A DNA stretch of 64,000 nucleotides from an uncultured virus (IMG/VR IMGVR_UViG_2872830528_000001) (taxonomy: Duplodnaviria > Heunggongvirae > Uroviricota > Caudoviricetes), in IMG/VR virus record IMGVR_UViG_2872830528_000001. The stretch is one strand, 5' to 3'. A program made the position numbers and the translations under genes. A model generated the notes under the pieces. That model searched no databases, had not been told where the DNA came from, and saw nothing but the letters and a program-made list of their open reading frames with translations. How positions within the stretch are numbered: the first letter of the stretch is position 1; every line of letters starts with the position of its first letter. This document shows positions 47,053 through 57,727 of this stretch, in pieces.

Positions 47053-47471
47053 AGGCCGACCTGGCCCGCTACTACCCCCGCGACTCCGACCAGATCGACG
47101 CCTGGTGGCGGGGCGAGATGACCTCCCGCCGGCTGCGGGTGCTGATCCAGCACTTGCCTCCGGAGTCGTCGACGATGACCGCGCTACGCAACGCCCTCAC
47201 GCCGGAAGAGCTTGAGGCACAGGCGGACGAGGGGCAGCCAGAGAAGGGCCGCTGGTCGCAGGACCAGCAGCTGCTCGCGTCCTGCTACGACGCGCTGCGG
47301 CGAATCGAGCACGTCCTGATCTGCGTGAACACGGAGAAGAAGGCGGCATGGCCGGCTCGTCCGGAGCCCCTGCGACGCCCCGGGGCCGCCCCGAAGAAGG
47401 CCAAGACGGCGCGGCTCACGCAGTCCAACGCGGACCGGTTGTTCTCGCTCATCAACGGAGGCGCGGCCTGA
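47001..47471 (+). CDS. Tail assembly chaperone GT extension (-1 frameshift)
   Basis: -1 frame is open from the slippery site: VEADLARYY..LIQHLPPES..W..LA..D. Confidence 0.8.
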   Translation, partial: GKVQWTVGIVEAHAEEVEADLARYYPRDSDQIDAWWRGEMTSRRLRVLIQHLPPESSTMTALRNALTPEELEAQADEGQPEKGRWSQDQQLLASCYDALRRIEHVLICVNTEKKAAWPARPEPLRRPGAAPKKAKTARLTQSNADRLFSLINGGAA

Positions 47472-47493
47472 CGCGCTGAGGGGAGGCCTCCCG

Positions 47494-50400
47494 ATGGCGA
47501 TCCAGGTCGGCTCCGTCGAGGTTGATGTCGTCCCGAACACTCGCGGCATCTACGCCCAACTGCGGGCAGGTCTTGTGCCGGCAGCCACCCGAGCTGGCGA
47601 GGATGCCGGTGCAGCGGCGGGGCGAAGCTTCGGGCCGGCCATGCAGCGGCAGGTCGGTGACGTCGGCCTGCGGATCGGGGAGGAGATCGGGCAGCAGATC
47701 GCTACCCGCCTCACCGCGTCGCTGCGGGATTCGGTCCGCGACGGCGTCAACCAGGCGGGACGCACCGCGCGGCCTGCCGCCACCCGCCAGGGCGACGAGA
47801 CAGCCGGGGCGTTCTCCAGGGCTCTCAGGACCCGCCTGGAGGCCGCCTTCAGGGCGCTTCCCCGGCTCACGATCGACGCCGATACGTCTGAGGCGGACTC
47901 CGACCTTCAGGCCCTGCGCTTCCGTATGGAGACGCTGGCCAACCAGCGCATCGGCATCGACATCGAGGCCACTGACGCTCGCGCCGAAATCCGCCTCATC
48001 GAGGCGGAGCTGACCCGTCTCGGCGCCAGCCACCCGAACGTACAGGTCCGGGCGGATACGGCAAGGGCTCTGGCCGAGCTCGGCGCCGTCCATGCGGCCA
48101 TCGACGCCGTCGACGGGAAGCGGGCACGCATCGACGTCGACACGGCCGGCGCGACGTCAGCGGTCCTCCACCTCGCTGTGGCGATCGGCGGTCTCGCGGC
48201 GCTTCCCGCGATCCCCGTTCTCGCTGCAGGTATCGGGGCGATCGGCTCGGCTGCCATCGCGGCGGGCGTCGGCGTGGGCGCGCTAGCTGCCGTCGCAATC
48301 CCGGCCTTCGTCGGCATAGCAGGCGCCCTGCAGGCTCAGAAGGCCGCCCAAGACGCTGCGACTGCCTCGTCGCTCAAGGGCGCCCAGGCGGCCAGTCAAG
48401 GCGCGGCTCAGGTGCTGCAGATGGCCGGCGCGCAGCAGGCACTGGCGGCGGCTGAGCGAAACGGCGCACGCCAGGTGGCGCAGGCACAGCAGCAGGTCCG
48501 GCAGGCTCGCGTCGCGGCTGCGGATGCGGTCGTGCAGGCCGCAGAACGGAACGCTCAGGCGGCTCGCGCAATCGAGGACGCCGAGCGGTCCCTGGCCCGC
48601 TCCCAGAAGGACGCCAAGCGCGCGCAGGAAGACCTCACGGATGCCCGTCGGGAGGCGGCGCAGGAGCTCGAGGATTTGAACTCCCGCCTGGCAGGAGCCG
48701 AGCTGTCCCAGAGGGACGCTGTGCTTGGCGTGAAGGAGGCTCAGGCCGAGCTCAACGCCACCATGCGGGACGCCAGCGCGTCGCAGATCGACAAGGACCG
48801 TGCCCAGCTCGCCTACGACCAGGCTGTGCAGCGCCTCAAGGAGCAGTCCACCGAGACCAAGCGGCTCAAGCAGGAGACCACGGAGGCGAACCGGGCGGGC
48901 ATCGAGGGGTCGGACACGGTTCGCTCAGCGCAGGAGCGACTCGCTGACGCTCAGCAGGAAGTGGCCGACAAGTCGCGCGCGGTACGGGACGCGCAGATCG
49001 AGGCCGCTCGGACGCAGGTCGAGACTGCCCGGCAGATCGCTCAAGCCCAGGAGCGGGTCGGCGAAGCAACGGCGAATGTGGCCCAGGCGCAGCAGTCCGC
49101 TGCTGAGGCAGTGGCTTCCGCCCAGCGCCAGATCGCCTCCGCGTCGCTCTCGGCGGCCGGAGGCATAGATCAGGCTGCCCTGGCGCAGGCGAAATACCAG
49201 GCGGCCCTCGACAAGCTGTCTCCGTCGGCGCGGGCAACGTTCGACGCCTTCCAGTCCCTGCGGACGATGTTCAAGGCATGGTCGACAGCGCTGCAGCCGC
49301 AGGTCATGCCCATCTTCACCCGTGCCCTTGAGGGCCTGAAGAACAGCCTGCCGGGGCTCACGCCGTTCGTCATGGCCGCGGCGCGGGCCATCGGAGACCT
49401 GCAGGACCGGGTCTCTCGAGGCTTCAAGTCGCCTTGGTGGCTGCAGTTCAAGAAGGACCTGGCCGGCTCGGTGTACCCGGCTCTCATCGGGTTCGGAGTC
49501 GGCTTCGGCCGGATCTTCAAGGGCGCGGCCGGCATCGTCCAGGCATTTCTGCCGCACATGGACTCCATCAGCCAGCGGATGCAGGACATCACAGGCAGGT
49601 TCGCGACCTGGGGCACTGGCCTGAAGGGCTCGGAGAAGTTTGAGCGCTTCCTCGCCTACGCCTCCAAGCAGGGGCCGATCCTTGCTGGGGTCCTGGGCGA
49701 CATCGGCTCGGCTCTCTACCAGATCGCGAAGGCTGCTGCGCCGCTGTCCGGGCCGGTCCTCACCGCGCTGGGTGCGGTGGCTTCGGCGCTGGCAAGCATC
49801 GCCGAGACGCTCCCGTGGCTGATCCAGCTGATGTACGCGGCGTGGGTGGTGACGAAGCTGTGGACGCTCGCGATGATCGCGTTCAATCTCGTGTTGGCGG
49901 CCAACCCCATCACGTTGATCATCATCGGGATCGTGGCCCTCGTCGCCGCGGTCGTCTACGCCTACAAGCACTTCGGTTGGTTCCGGGACACCGTTCAGGC
50001 AGTGTGGGCAGGCATCCAGGTCGCTGCGAAGTGGGCGTGGGAGAACGTCCTCAAGCCGGTGTTCGCGGCTCTGGTGGTCGCGTTCAAGGTGGTCGCGGCA
50101 GCTGCGGTGTGGCTGTGGCAGACGATCCTCAAGCCCGTCTTCACGTTCATCGCCGACGCGGCCGCGATCCTCGCCACCGTCGTCCTGACGATCCTCATCG
50201 CGCCCTTGGTGCTCGCCTTCAAGGCTCTGGCCGCGGTTGCCGAGTGGCTGTGGAACAACGTCTTGGCGCCCGCCTTCAAGGGCATCGCGAAGGACGCCAC
50301 ATGGCTGTGGCAGACGATCCTGAAGCCTGTCTTCCAGGCGATTGCCGCGGCGCTGAGGTGGCTGTGGGAGAACGTGGCTAAGCCTGTCTTCGAGCACTTC

Positions 50401-51837
50401 AAGAGGGGCTTCAAGCAGCTCGGCGAGGTGGCGAAGTGGGTGTGGGGCAACGCCCTGCAGCCCGTGCTCGGCTGGATCGGCGACAAGGCCAACTGGCTCT
50501 GGCAGAGAGCCCTCAAGCCCGCCTTCGCCAACATCAAGACGGGCATCGAATCCGTCGGGAAGAGCTTCGACTCCGCCCGCGGCTTCATCGACCAGGCCTG
50601 GTCGAAGATCGCTGACATAGCGAAGAAGCCCGTCCGCTTCATCATCGACAAAATCTACAACGCGGGCATCGTGCCGACCTGGAACTTGATCGCGAAGGCG
50701 TTCGGCGCCCCCGCGATCGAGAAGATGGAAACCAAGGGCTGGGCACGTGGCGGCATCCTCCCCGGACAGTCCTCATTCCGGCAGGGCGACGACCAGCTCG
50801 TACCGATGCGCCGCGGCGAAGGCGTCTACGTCTCGGAGGCCATGCGGGACCCCTACGAACGGGCCCGACTCCACGCCGTCAACCGTGCGGCGATGGCCGG
50901 GAAGCCGCTGGACCAGTACCAGGGGTTCGCCCGCGGCGGCATCTTCGACTGGGTAGGCGACGCCACGTCCAAGGTGGTCGACCTCGCCCAGACGGGCGCG
51001 TCATGGCTGAAGGACGGCGTCAAGGCGTCCGCAACCGCAGGCCTGAACAGTGTGGTGGAACCGCTGATCAAGCGGATCTCCGGATCGGCGTCGCTGTACC
51101 GCGACATGGTCACCGGCATCCCCCGCAAGATCGTGAAGACGATCGTGGGATTCTCCGGGGAGGCCGACGAGCGGCTCGAGGCGGCCGGTATCGGCGGCGG
51201 CGGGTTTACTCGCGGCCTGTCCTGGGCTCGGACCCAGGCAGGCCTGCCCTACCAGTGGGGCGGCAACGGCAACCCCAGCTGGGACTGCTCAGGCCTCGTC
51301 TCCGCCATCGAGTCCGTGATCCGCGGCCAGACCCCTCACCGCCGATGGGCCACAGGCGCCTTCTCCGGCAAGACAGCCCCGCCCGGATGGGTCCTGAACG
51401 GCCGCAGCCCCTACCGCATCGGCATCACGAACGCCGGCGTCGGCCACACCGCAGGAACGATCAACGGCGTCAACGTCGAGTCCCGCGGAGGCGACGGGGT
51501 CGTCATCGGGAAGGGGGCCAGGGCCTGGAACGACAAGCTGTTCACCCACCACTACGCCTACCAGGGCACATTCGACAGCGGCGGCTACCTGCAGCCGGGC
51601 CTGAACCTCGCCTACAACGGCACCGGCCGGCCCGAGCCCGTCTTCACCATGGCGCAGGCCAACGCCCTCACCAGGGCGGCAAGCCAGGGGCCGGGCGGGC
51701 TGCAGCCGGGCGACGCCCTTGCTCTCGTCGTCGACGGCCACGAGTTCACCGCCTACGTCGACGACCGGGCGAACCTGCAGGTCTCGAACACGCTGATGCC
51801 CGCGATCGCCGCAGCACGCGCAGGCAGGAAGGGGTAG
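47494..51837 (+). CDS. Tape measure protein with C-terminal NlpC/P60 domain
   Basis: 1447 aa Ala-rich coiled coil; WLW..ILKP.F repeats; YQWGG..DCSGLV..GHT. Confidence 0.93.
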   Translation: MAIQVGSVEVDVVPNTRGIYAQLRAGLVPAATRAGEDAGAAAGRSFGPAMQRQVGDVGLRIGEEIGQQIATRLTASLRDSVRDGVNQAGRTARPAATRQGDETAGAFSRALRTRLEAAFRALPRLTIDADTSEADSDLQALRFRMETLANQRIGIDIEATDARAEIRLIEAELTRLGASHPNVQVRADTARALAELGAVHAAIDAVDGKRARIDVDTAGATSAVLHLAVAIGGLAALPAIPVLAAGIGAIGSAAIAAGVGVGALAAVAIPAFVGIAGALQAQKAAQDAATASSLKGAQAASQGAAQVLQMAGAQQALAAAERNGARQVAQAQQQVRQARVAAADAVVQAAERNAQAARAIEDAERSLARSQKDAKRAQEDLTDARREAAQELEDLNSRLAGAELSQRDAVLGVKEAQAELNATMRDASASQIDKDRAQLAYDQAVQRLKEQSTETKRLKQETTEANRAGIEGSDTVRSAQERLADAQQEVADKSRAVRDAQIEAARTQVETARQIAQAQERVGEATANVAQAQQSAAEAVASAQRQIASASLSAAGGIDQAALAQAKYQAALDKLSPSARATFDAFQSLRTMFKAWSTALQPQVMPIFTRALEGLKNSLPGLTPFVMAAARAIGDLQDRVSRGFKSPWWLQFKKDLAGSVYPALIGFGVGFGRIFKGAAGIVQAFLPHMDSISQRMQDITGRFATWGTGLKGSEKFERFLAYASKQGPILAGVLGDIGSALYQIAKAAAPLSGPVLTALGAVASALASIAETLPWLIQLMYAAWVVTKLWTLAMIAFNLVLAANPITLIIIGIVALVAAVVYAYKHFGWFRDTVQAVWAGIQVAAKWAWENVLKPVFAALVVAFKVVAAAAVWLWQTILKPVFTFIADAAAILATVVLTILIAPLVLAFKALAAVAEWLWNNVLAPAFKGIAKDATWLWQTILKPVFQAIAAALRWLWENVAKPVFEHFKRGFKQLGEVAKWVWGNALQPVLGWIGDKANWLWQRALKPAFANIKTGIESVGKSFDSARGFIDQAWSKIADIAKKPVRFIIDKIYNAGIVPTWNLIAKAFGAPAIEKMETKGWARGGILPGQSSFRQGDDQLVPMRRGEGVYVSEAMRDPYERARLHAVNRAAMAGKPLDQYQGFARGGIFDWVGDATSKVVDLAQTGASWLKDGVKASATAGLNSVVEPLIKRISGSASLYRDMVTGIPRKIVKTIVGFSGEADERLEAAGIGGGGFTRGLSWARTQAGLPYQWGGNGNPSWDCSGLVSAIESVIRGQTPHRRWATGAFSGKTAPPGWVLNGRSPYRIGITNAGVGHTAGTINGVNVESRGGDGVVIGKGARAWNDKLFTHHYAYQGTFDSGGYLQPGLNLAYNGTGRPEPVFTMAQANALTRAASQGPGGLQPGDALALVVDGHEFTAYVDDRANLQVSNTLMPAIAAARAGRKG

Positions 51838-51840
51838 AGC

Positions 51841-54072
51841 ATGGCGATCCCCGGCAACTTCCTCAGCGAGTCGACATCGTCGATGGATCCGGCCATCACC
51901 GGCTGGACTCCGAAGACGAACTGCACGCTGCTCATGGGCACCGGCGGCCGGGTTGGTGACGGCTGCCTGACCATGAAGTCGGTGGCGGCTGGGGAGATGC
52001 AGTGCCGCACGGTCTCTTCGTATGCGGTGGTCGCGGGCAACGACTACGAGGTGTTCGCGGACGCGGCGGGCGGCACCGTTCCGGAGCGCATCGGCATCCG
52101 GTGGATGACCGCCTCGAACGTGGAGATCAGCGTCAGCTGGTCGATGACGACGTCCTCGGCGTCGGCGTCGTGGCACCGGATCGCGGTCACCGCCACGGCT
52201 CCGACCGACGCCACCATGGCGCAGGTGCTGTTCTCCTCGACGCCCGCCGCCGGCGCCGTGTCCTCGTATCTGGAGAACGTGTACTTCGGCCTCCCGATCC
52301 GGACCGGCGGCAACCTGCTGACGCACGGCGCAGAAGGCCACGAGCTGGCGACCAACTGGCCTTATGTCGCGGCGACGAACTGCTCGATCGCCCGGACCAT
52401 GCCGCCCGTTTCCTGGCCGACGATCAACTATGTCGGCGGCGGGGCAGTCGCGACGATGACCGTTACCGCCAACGGCGACGCGTCGTTCAGGTGTACTGAG
52501 CAGGCGCTGGTCACGCCCGGCCAGGAGTATCTGGCTTCCTCGCACCTGAATCCGCCGACCAGCGGGTCCACCGCCTGGATCGAGCTCCGGTTCTACGACG
52601 CGGCGCACTCCCAGATCCAGGCCACTCGGGCGAATCTGGCTGCGCCGGGCACGAACTACTACATGCAGTCTGTCTCCGACGTGGCGCCGCCCACGGCCGT
52701 CTATGCGTCGGTCGCCTTCGGGCTGACGGGCGCCACCGCGGGGCAGGTGCTGCGCACCGACACCTCGGCCATTACCGTCGCTCCCGTCCTGGTGACGGAC
52801 TCCGTTGTCCCTTACTCCGACACAAGCTTCGAGGCGGGAGTGGGGACCTGGACGGTCGTTTCTGGCGTGGCCACTCTGGGCCGCACCTCTCCGTGGGCGC
52901 CTTCGATCGACGCCTTCTACGCGATGACGATCACGTCGTCGACCGCGACCACATCCGTGATCCGGTCCGGTCGGTACCCCCTCCCTGACGGAGAGGTGAA
53001 CTTCCGGTCCTCTCTCACGGCGACAGTCACCGCTGGCGGGTGGACCCTGACACGCGGACTGCGCTGGTACGACGCAGCCAATGCCAGCCTCGGCCTGACT
53101 ACGGGCCTTGCGGGTGCTGCGCCGACACCGGGCTGGTGGAAACTCTCCAACGACTTCGTCCGGCCCGTAGGGGCCACGCAGGTCGCATTCGAATGGACCC
53201 TCGTAGCGACGGCGCCATCCTCCGTTCTGCGGGTCGATGTTGCAGCGATCTGGCCCGTCTTGCCGGCATTCGAGGTCGAACCGGACGATGCCACCGGATC
53301 GGTCAGGATCACGCTCCGAGAGCTGAACCTCGGCGACGCCGTCAGCCTGTGGCGCGTCACTCCGGACGGCCGCAGAACGCACGTGCGCGGCACCGCAGGG
53401 CTCATCAGCGGTACGACGGTGACCTCCAGCTCCATGGTGATCGAGGACTACGAGGCGCCACTGGGCATACCGGTCTACTACTACGCGGAGATGCTTGCTC
53501 CGGGAGCAACGTTGGCAAGCCATCGCACAAGCGACACGGTGACGATCAGTCTCGCCGACCGTAACGAGTGCTGGCTGAAGGACCCCGGTAACCCGCAGCG
53601 AAATCTGCGAGTCCTGGTGAAGCAGGGCCCCAACTGGCAGCGCCCGATCGCCCAAGCGGAGTACCGCGTCAGGGGCCGGCGTAACAGCGTCGTCCTGTCC
53701 GACGTCCGGGGCGGACTCGAGGGCGGCCTTGCCCTCTGGACGCGCACCGACGAGGAACGTGGAGCCCTGCACTGGCTCCTCGACTCCGGCAACGTCCTCC
53801 TGTGGCAGGCCATGCCGGGGATGGGCGTCTCCGACATGTACGTCAACGTGGGCCAGGTCGACGAGGCGCGGGTCACGTCCTACGCGCCGGAGCCGTGGCG
53901 AGAGTGGCAGCTGCCGCTGCGGGAGGCCGACATGCCGACCACGGTCGGCGTCGCCGGGTCGGCGGGCCGTACCTGGCAGGACGTCCTCACCGAGAACGCC
54001 ACGTGGGAGGACGTTCTGAACCGGTACGCCACGTGGGAGGACGTCTTCCTCAACCGTCCGATCGGGGGGTGA
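51841..54072 (+). CDS. Minor tail protein (Dit-like with carbohydrate-binding modules)
   Basis: Follows the tape measure; three repeated beta modules with (I/L)R(W/F)(Y/M); DYEAP. Confidence 0.75.
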   Translation: MAIPGNFLSESTSSMDPAITGWTPKTNCTLLMGTGGRVGDGCLTMKSVAAGEMQCRTVSSYAVVAGNDYEVFADAAGGTVPERIGIRWMTASNVEISVSWSMTTSSASASWHRIAVTATAPTDATMAQVLFSSTPAAGAVSSYLENVYFGLPIRTGGNLLTHGAEGHELATNWPYVAATNCSIARTMPPVSWPTINYVGGGAVATMTVTANGDASFRCTEQALVTPGQEYLASSHLNPPTSGSTAWIELRFYDAAHSQIQATRANLAAPGTNYYMQSVSDVAPPTAVYASVAFGLTGATAGQVLRTDTSAITVAPVLVTDSVVPYSDTSFEAGVGTWTVVSGVATLGRTSPWAPSIDAFYAMTITSSTATTSVIRSGRYPLPDGEVNFRSSLTATVTAGGWTLTRGLRWYDAANASLGLTTGLAGAAPTPGWWKLSNDFVRPVGATQVAFEWTLVATAPSSVLRVDVAAIWPVLPAFEVEPDDATGSVRITLRELNLGDAVSLWRVTPDGRRTHVRGTAGLISGTTVTSSSMVIEDYEAPLGIPVYYYAEMLAPGATLASHRTSDTVTISLADRNECWLKDPGNPQRNLRVLVKQGPNWQRPIAQAEYRVRGRRNSVVLSDVRGGLEGGLALWTRTDEERGALHWLLDSGNVLLWQAMPGMGVSDMYVNVGQVDEARVTSYAPEPWREWQLPLREADMPTTVGVAGSAGRTWQDVLTENATWEDVLNRYATWEDVFLNRPIGG

Positions 54073-54073
54073 C

Positions 54074-55165
54074 GTGTATCCGGTCTCTGATCGCTTCCTG
54101 GCCACCCTCGCCGGCGACCATGTGCCGGTGACGGAGGTCGTCCTCCTGCGTACTGATGGCAGTGCCGAGCTGCTGGAACACGAGGGCGGATCAGTCACGG
54201 TCGACCAGCGGTCGGTGTGCCGCCGCACCTGCTCGGTCGGCGCCACCGATCTGGGGCTGATCCCGCGCAGCCCGCTGGACGAGATCCTGGCCAACGGGGC
54301 CCGGCTGCGGATCAGCCGCGGCGTGCGCTACTCCGACGGCTCGTCCGAGCTGGTGCCGCTCGGCGTGTTCCGCATCGACGAGGTCGAGGGCGACGTCGAC
54401 GTCGGACCGGTGTCCCTCGGGGGCAAGAGCCTGGAATGCGTCGTCTCTGACGACAAGTTCACGACCCCGTATCGGGCAGCTGGTACTGCGGTGGCGGCGA
54501 TCACTGCTCTCGTCCTGCGGAGCCTCCCTGATGCTGCAGTCGTCAGCATGGTCGCCGACGCCGCGATCGGGGCTCGCACGTGGGACGTCGGCGACGACCC
54601 GTGGGTTGCCGCCCAGGAGATCGCGGCTGTCCTGGGCGCCCAGGTGTACTGCGACGCGGACGGCCAGTTCGTGATCCGGGAGCTGCCCGACATCACCACC
54701 GTCACGCCTGTGTGGACCGTCGCCGGCGGGGAGGGCGGCGTGTACATCTCGGCGGTCCGCGGCACTTCCGCCGAGGGCGTCTTCAACGCCGTCCACGCCC
54801 GCGGCGAGTCCACTGAGACCGGCGCGGCCCCGGTGTCCGCGCTCGTCACCGATTCCGACCCCACCTCGAGCACCTACTGGGGCGGGCCGTTCGGCAGGCG
54901 GCCCACGTTTCACAGCTCAACGACCCTGACGACCACCGGCGCCTGCACCCAGGCGGCCACCGTGCTGCTGCGGGGTGCGAAGGCGCCGAACGCGAGGGCC
55001 GACTTCTCCACCCTGCCGAACCCCGCCCTGGCCCCCGGCGACGTCCTCCGCGTGGTCTATCCGGACGGAACACGGGAGCTGCACCAGGTCGCATCGTTCA
55101 CGGTGCCGCTCACCGCTGGCGGCTCCTTCACGGTGCAGACCGTCTCCGCGAAGGAGGGCGCATGA
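54074..55165 (+). CDS. Minor tail protein (DUF5047/hub-like)
   Basis: GSVTVD..RRT..VPLGVF..PNPAL.PGD. Confidence 0.75.
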   Translation: MYPVSDRFLATLAGDHVPVTEVVLLRTDGSAELLEHEGGSVTVDQRSVCRRTCSVGATDLGLIPRSPLDEILANGARLRISRGVRYSDGSSELVPLGVFRIDEVEGDVDVGPVSLGGKSLECVVSDDKFTTPYRAAGTAVAAITALVLRSLPDAAVVSMVADAAIGARTWDVGDDPWVAAQEIAAVLGAQVYCDADGQFVIRELPDITTVTPVWTVAGGEGGVYISAVRGTSAEGVFNAVHARGESTETGAAPVSALVTDSDPTSSTYWGGPFGRRPTFHSSTTLTTTGACTQAATVLLRGAKAPNARADFSTLPNPALAPGDVLRVVYPDGTRELHQVASFTVPLTAGGSFTVQTVSAKEGA

Positions 55166-55845
55166 CATCGCTCGGGGTCAGCCTCGTCGAGGCGTTGACG
55201 GCGGAGAGCAAGAGGGCCGCGGCAGCAGACTCCGGCATCCGGGGTGCGGACTGGCGCCACGCCGTCGTCGCCACGGTCGGCTCGGACGGCACCGTCACGA
55301 CCACCGATGGGATCATCGCCCGCCGTATGGAGCCCTACGTGGGCGCCAAGGCAGGTGACGTCGTGGTCATCACCGTCTCGCAGGCCGGCGGCTGGGCGTG
55401 CTGGGGCCGGTTCGCCTCCGGGTCAGGCTCTGCATGGATCCCCTACACGCCGACCTACGCCGCGTCGGGTGGCGGCGCCGCGCTCGGCAACGGACTCCTG
55501 GACGCCGAGTACACCCTCGACGGCGACGAATGCCGGGGCCGGATCTCCTTCGTTGCTGGCAGCACCACGACGTTCGGGTCGGGAGGCCTGCGCTGGGGCC
55601 TACCCGTCACAGCCGCGAGCCTGCCGAGCGCCAACATGTTCTGGGCCGGGTCGGCGATGTGCAGCGACGCAGGGCTCGCCTACTACTCGGGCATCTGCCG
55701 CATCAGCAGCGGCACCAACTACGTGGTCGGGATCAGCCCCACCACGGCTACTGGCAGCGCGGCCACCGAATGGCGCGCCACGACACCCTTCACCTGGGCC
55801 AACGGCGACTACGCCAGCTTCGGCTTCACCTACAAGATCGCCTGA
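55162..55845 (+). CDS. Minor tail/fibre protein
   Basis: W..YTP..GNG..GSTTTFG..LPV..PFTW..GD. Confidence 0.7.
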   Translation: MTSLGVSLVEALTAESKRAAAADSGIRGADWRHAVVATVGSDGTVTTTDGIIARRMEPYVGAKAGDVVVITVSQAGGWACWGRFASGSGSAWIPYTPTYAASGGGAALGNGLLDAEYTLDGDECRGRISFVAGSTTTFGSGGLRWGLPVTAASLPSANMFWAGSAMCSDAGLAYYSGICRISSGTNYVVGISPTTATGSAATEWRATTPFTWANGDYASFGFTYKIA

Positions 55846-55857
55846 CGGGAGCTCTCC

Positions 55858-56451
55858 ATGTCCACAACGGACCCGTATGGGCAGTCCATCAGCATCGCGG
55901 CCCTCACGGATGCCCCGAACGCCCAGGCCCTCGCGGCGGGCATTGCCGACGCCGTCGCACCGCGGACCGTCATGCGGTTCACCTCCGCGTCGGCCCGGAC
56001 AGCGGCGCTCACAGGAGCGGCTGCCCCGGTCGCCGGCATGGTCACCTACCTGGCAACCGAGGACCGGTACGAGGGCCGGATGGCAGACGGCACCTGGCAG
56101 GCGCTGTCGCCTGGCCCGTGGATCCCGATTGAGTTCGCCTCCGGGTTCGTGGCCCGATTCGGCAGCCCGGCCTACCGAGTCGTCAACGGCGCGGCCGAGA
56201 TGCGCGGCAACTTCGAGAAGAGCGACGGCACCCCGTTCACCAAGGGTGTCGCGCTCACCATCATCAACCTGCCGGCGGCTGTACACCCCCCGGCCTACCG
56301 CTACTTCACTTGCGCGACAGAGCTCGCCGCCGACGTCTACTGCCGCATCGAGGTAACCCCCGACGGCGACGTCCAGCTGGTCATTCCGACATCGACCGGC
56401 ACGGCCGCCTCGTGGGCATCCCTCGACAACGTCCGATACTCCCTCACCTGA
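55858..56451 (+). CDS. Minor tail protein
   Basis: MRF.SA.AR.A..P..GM..YL..ED; LP...P. Confidence 0.7.
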   Translation: MSTTDPYGQSISIAALTDAPNAQALAAGIADAVAPRTVMRFTSASARTAALTGAAAPVAGMVTYLATEDRYEGRMADGTWQALSPGPWIPIEFASGFVARFGSPAYRVVNGAAEMRGNFEKSDGTPFTKGVALTIINLPAAVHPPAYRYFTCATELAADVYCRIEVTPDGDVQLVIPTSTGTAASWASLDNVRYSLT

Positions 56452-56464
56452 CAGGAGACCTCAC

Positions 56465-56716
56465 GTGATCCGATTCCCCGGACTCGACCCGGACGGCATC
56501 GTCTACAAGATCAACCTCTGGTCGGAACTCACCGGCGGCGTGCCCGTCGTCATCGGCGTCCCGACCCGCGGCGACATCGACGCCGAGGCCGTCGTCGAAG
56601 AGGTCGGCGCCTTCGCGCGGGCCCTGTCCACACGCCTCGGGACCGACATCACGAGCATCATCCGCCACGAGTCCGTGAGCAGCGAGCTCCCCGTCACGGG
56701 CCCGCCGCCCCAGTAG
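56465..56716 (+). CDS. Hypothetical protein
   Basis: AGGAG RBS. Confidence 0.55.
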   Translation: MIRFPGLDPDGIVYKINLWSELTGGVPVVIGVPTRGDIDAEAVVEEVGAFARALSTRLGTDITSIIRHESVSSELPVTGPPPQ

Positions 56717-56785
56717 CTCGAACAGTCCGCACCTCGTCCGCCCCGCGCCGTTCAGGCCGGGGCTTTCGTCATCCCTGGAGCCCAC

Positions 56786-57709
56786 ATGGCCATGACCGGG
56801 CCGCAGCGCATTCCCGGCGCCGTCTTCGACCTCTTCTTCGGCACGGGCCGGTACAGCGGGTCCGACATGGAGGTCAACTGCGGCGTCATTCACACCACCG
56901 AGGGCCCGACCCTCTACGACTACCAGGACGGCGCGTCGGCGCCCACGGTCACCTCGGTGCCTGACTTCAAGAACAAGCGGCTCGTCCACCACCAGCACTT
57001 CGACGTCGACGAGTCCGCACGCGCCCTCGTCAACAAGCCCGGCGGCGTGCAGACCAACACGGCAAACGTGTTCCAGTGGGAGCTCGTCGGCACCTGCGAC
57101 CCAGCCACCCACTCGAAGTGGACGCGGCAGGGCATCGCCCACATCTACTGGCCGGAGCCGCCCGATTGGGCCGTGCGTGACGTAGCCGCCCTGATGCGGT
57201 GGCTCAACCAGCAGCACGGCATCCCGCTAACGGGCCGGGCCGAGTGGATGGCGTACCCGGCCAGCTACGGCAACAGCCGCGTCCGGATGAGCTTCGCCGA
57301 GTGGACCAGCTTCAAGGGCTGGTGCGGCCACCAACACGTCCCCGAGAACGACCACGGCGACCCCGGCGCCCTGCCGTTCGCCCGCATCCTCGCTGTCGCC
57401 AAGGGCGGCACACCACCCCAGGAGGTCCCCGACATGGACGCCACGCAGGCGAAGCAGCTCGCCGAGGTATACAAGGTCCTCGTGCCCTACATGGGCTGGC
57501 AGTACAAGGGCGCCGGCAAGACCGACGCATGGGGCCTGCTCAACAACCTCACCGCCCAGGTCGCCGCCCAGACCGCCGCGATCAAGGCACTTGCCGGCCA
57601 GCTCGGTGACGACGTCGACACCGCCACCGTCGTGGCCGCGGTCGAGAAGGCCATCAAGGACGCCGTCGTGAAGGTGTCCGTCGACGTCACCGGCCCCACC
57701 AACTCCTGA
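56786..57709 (+). CDS. Endolysin (N-acetylmuramoyl-L-alanine amidase)
   Basis: VIHTTEG, QWELVG, GHQHVPENDHGDPG. Confidence 0.88.
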   Translation: MAMTGPQRIPGAVFDLFFGTGRYSGSDMEVNCGVIHTTEGPTLYDYQDGASAPTVTSVPDFKNKRLVHHQHFDVDESARALVNKPGGVQTNTANVFQWELVGTCDPATHSKWTRQGIAHIYWPEPPDWAVRDVAALMRWLNQQHGIPLTGRAEWMAYPASYGNSRVRMSFAEWTSFKGWCGHQHVPENDHGDPGALPFARILAVAKGGTPPQEVPDMDATQAKQLAEVYKVLVPYMGWQYKGAGKTDAWGLLNNLTAQVAAQTAAIKALAGQLGDDVDTATVVAAVEKAIKDAVVKVSVDVTGPTNS

Positions 57710-57727
57710 CCAGAACGGATCCCACCC

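Noticed and set aside
51289..54294. 1001-aa minus-strand ORF (also 26144-28342, 40217-41698, 48925-50397, 62542-63951 and others)
   Set aside because: Antisense shadows of real plus-strand genes, caused by stop-codon scarcity in high-GC DNA
51841..56451. Diversity-generating retroelement acting on tail fibres
   Set aside because: No reverse transcriptase or TR/VR repeat pair seen
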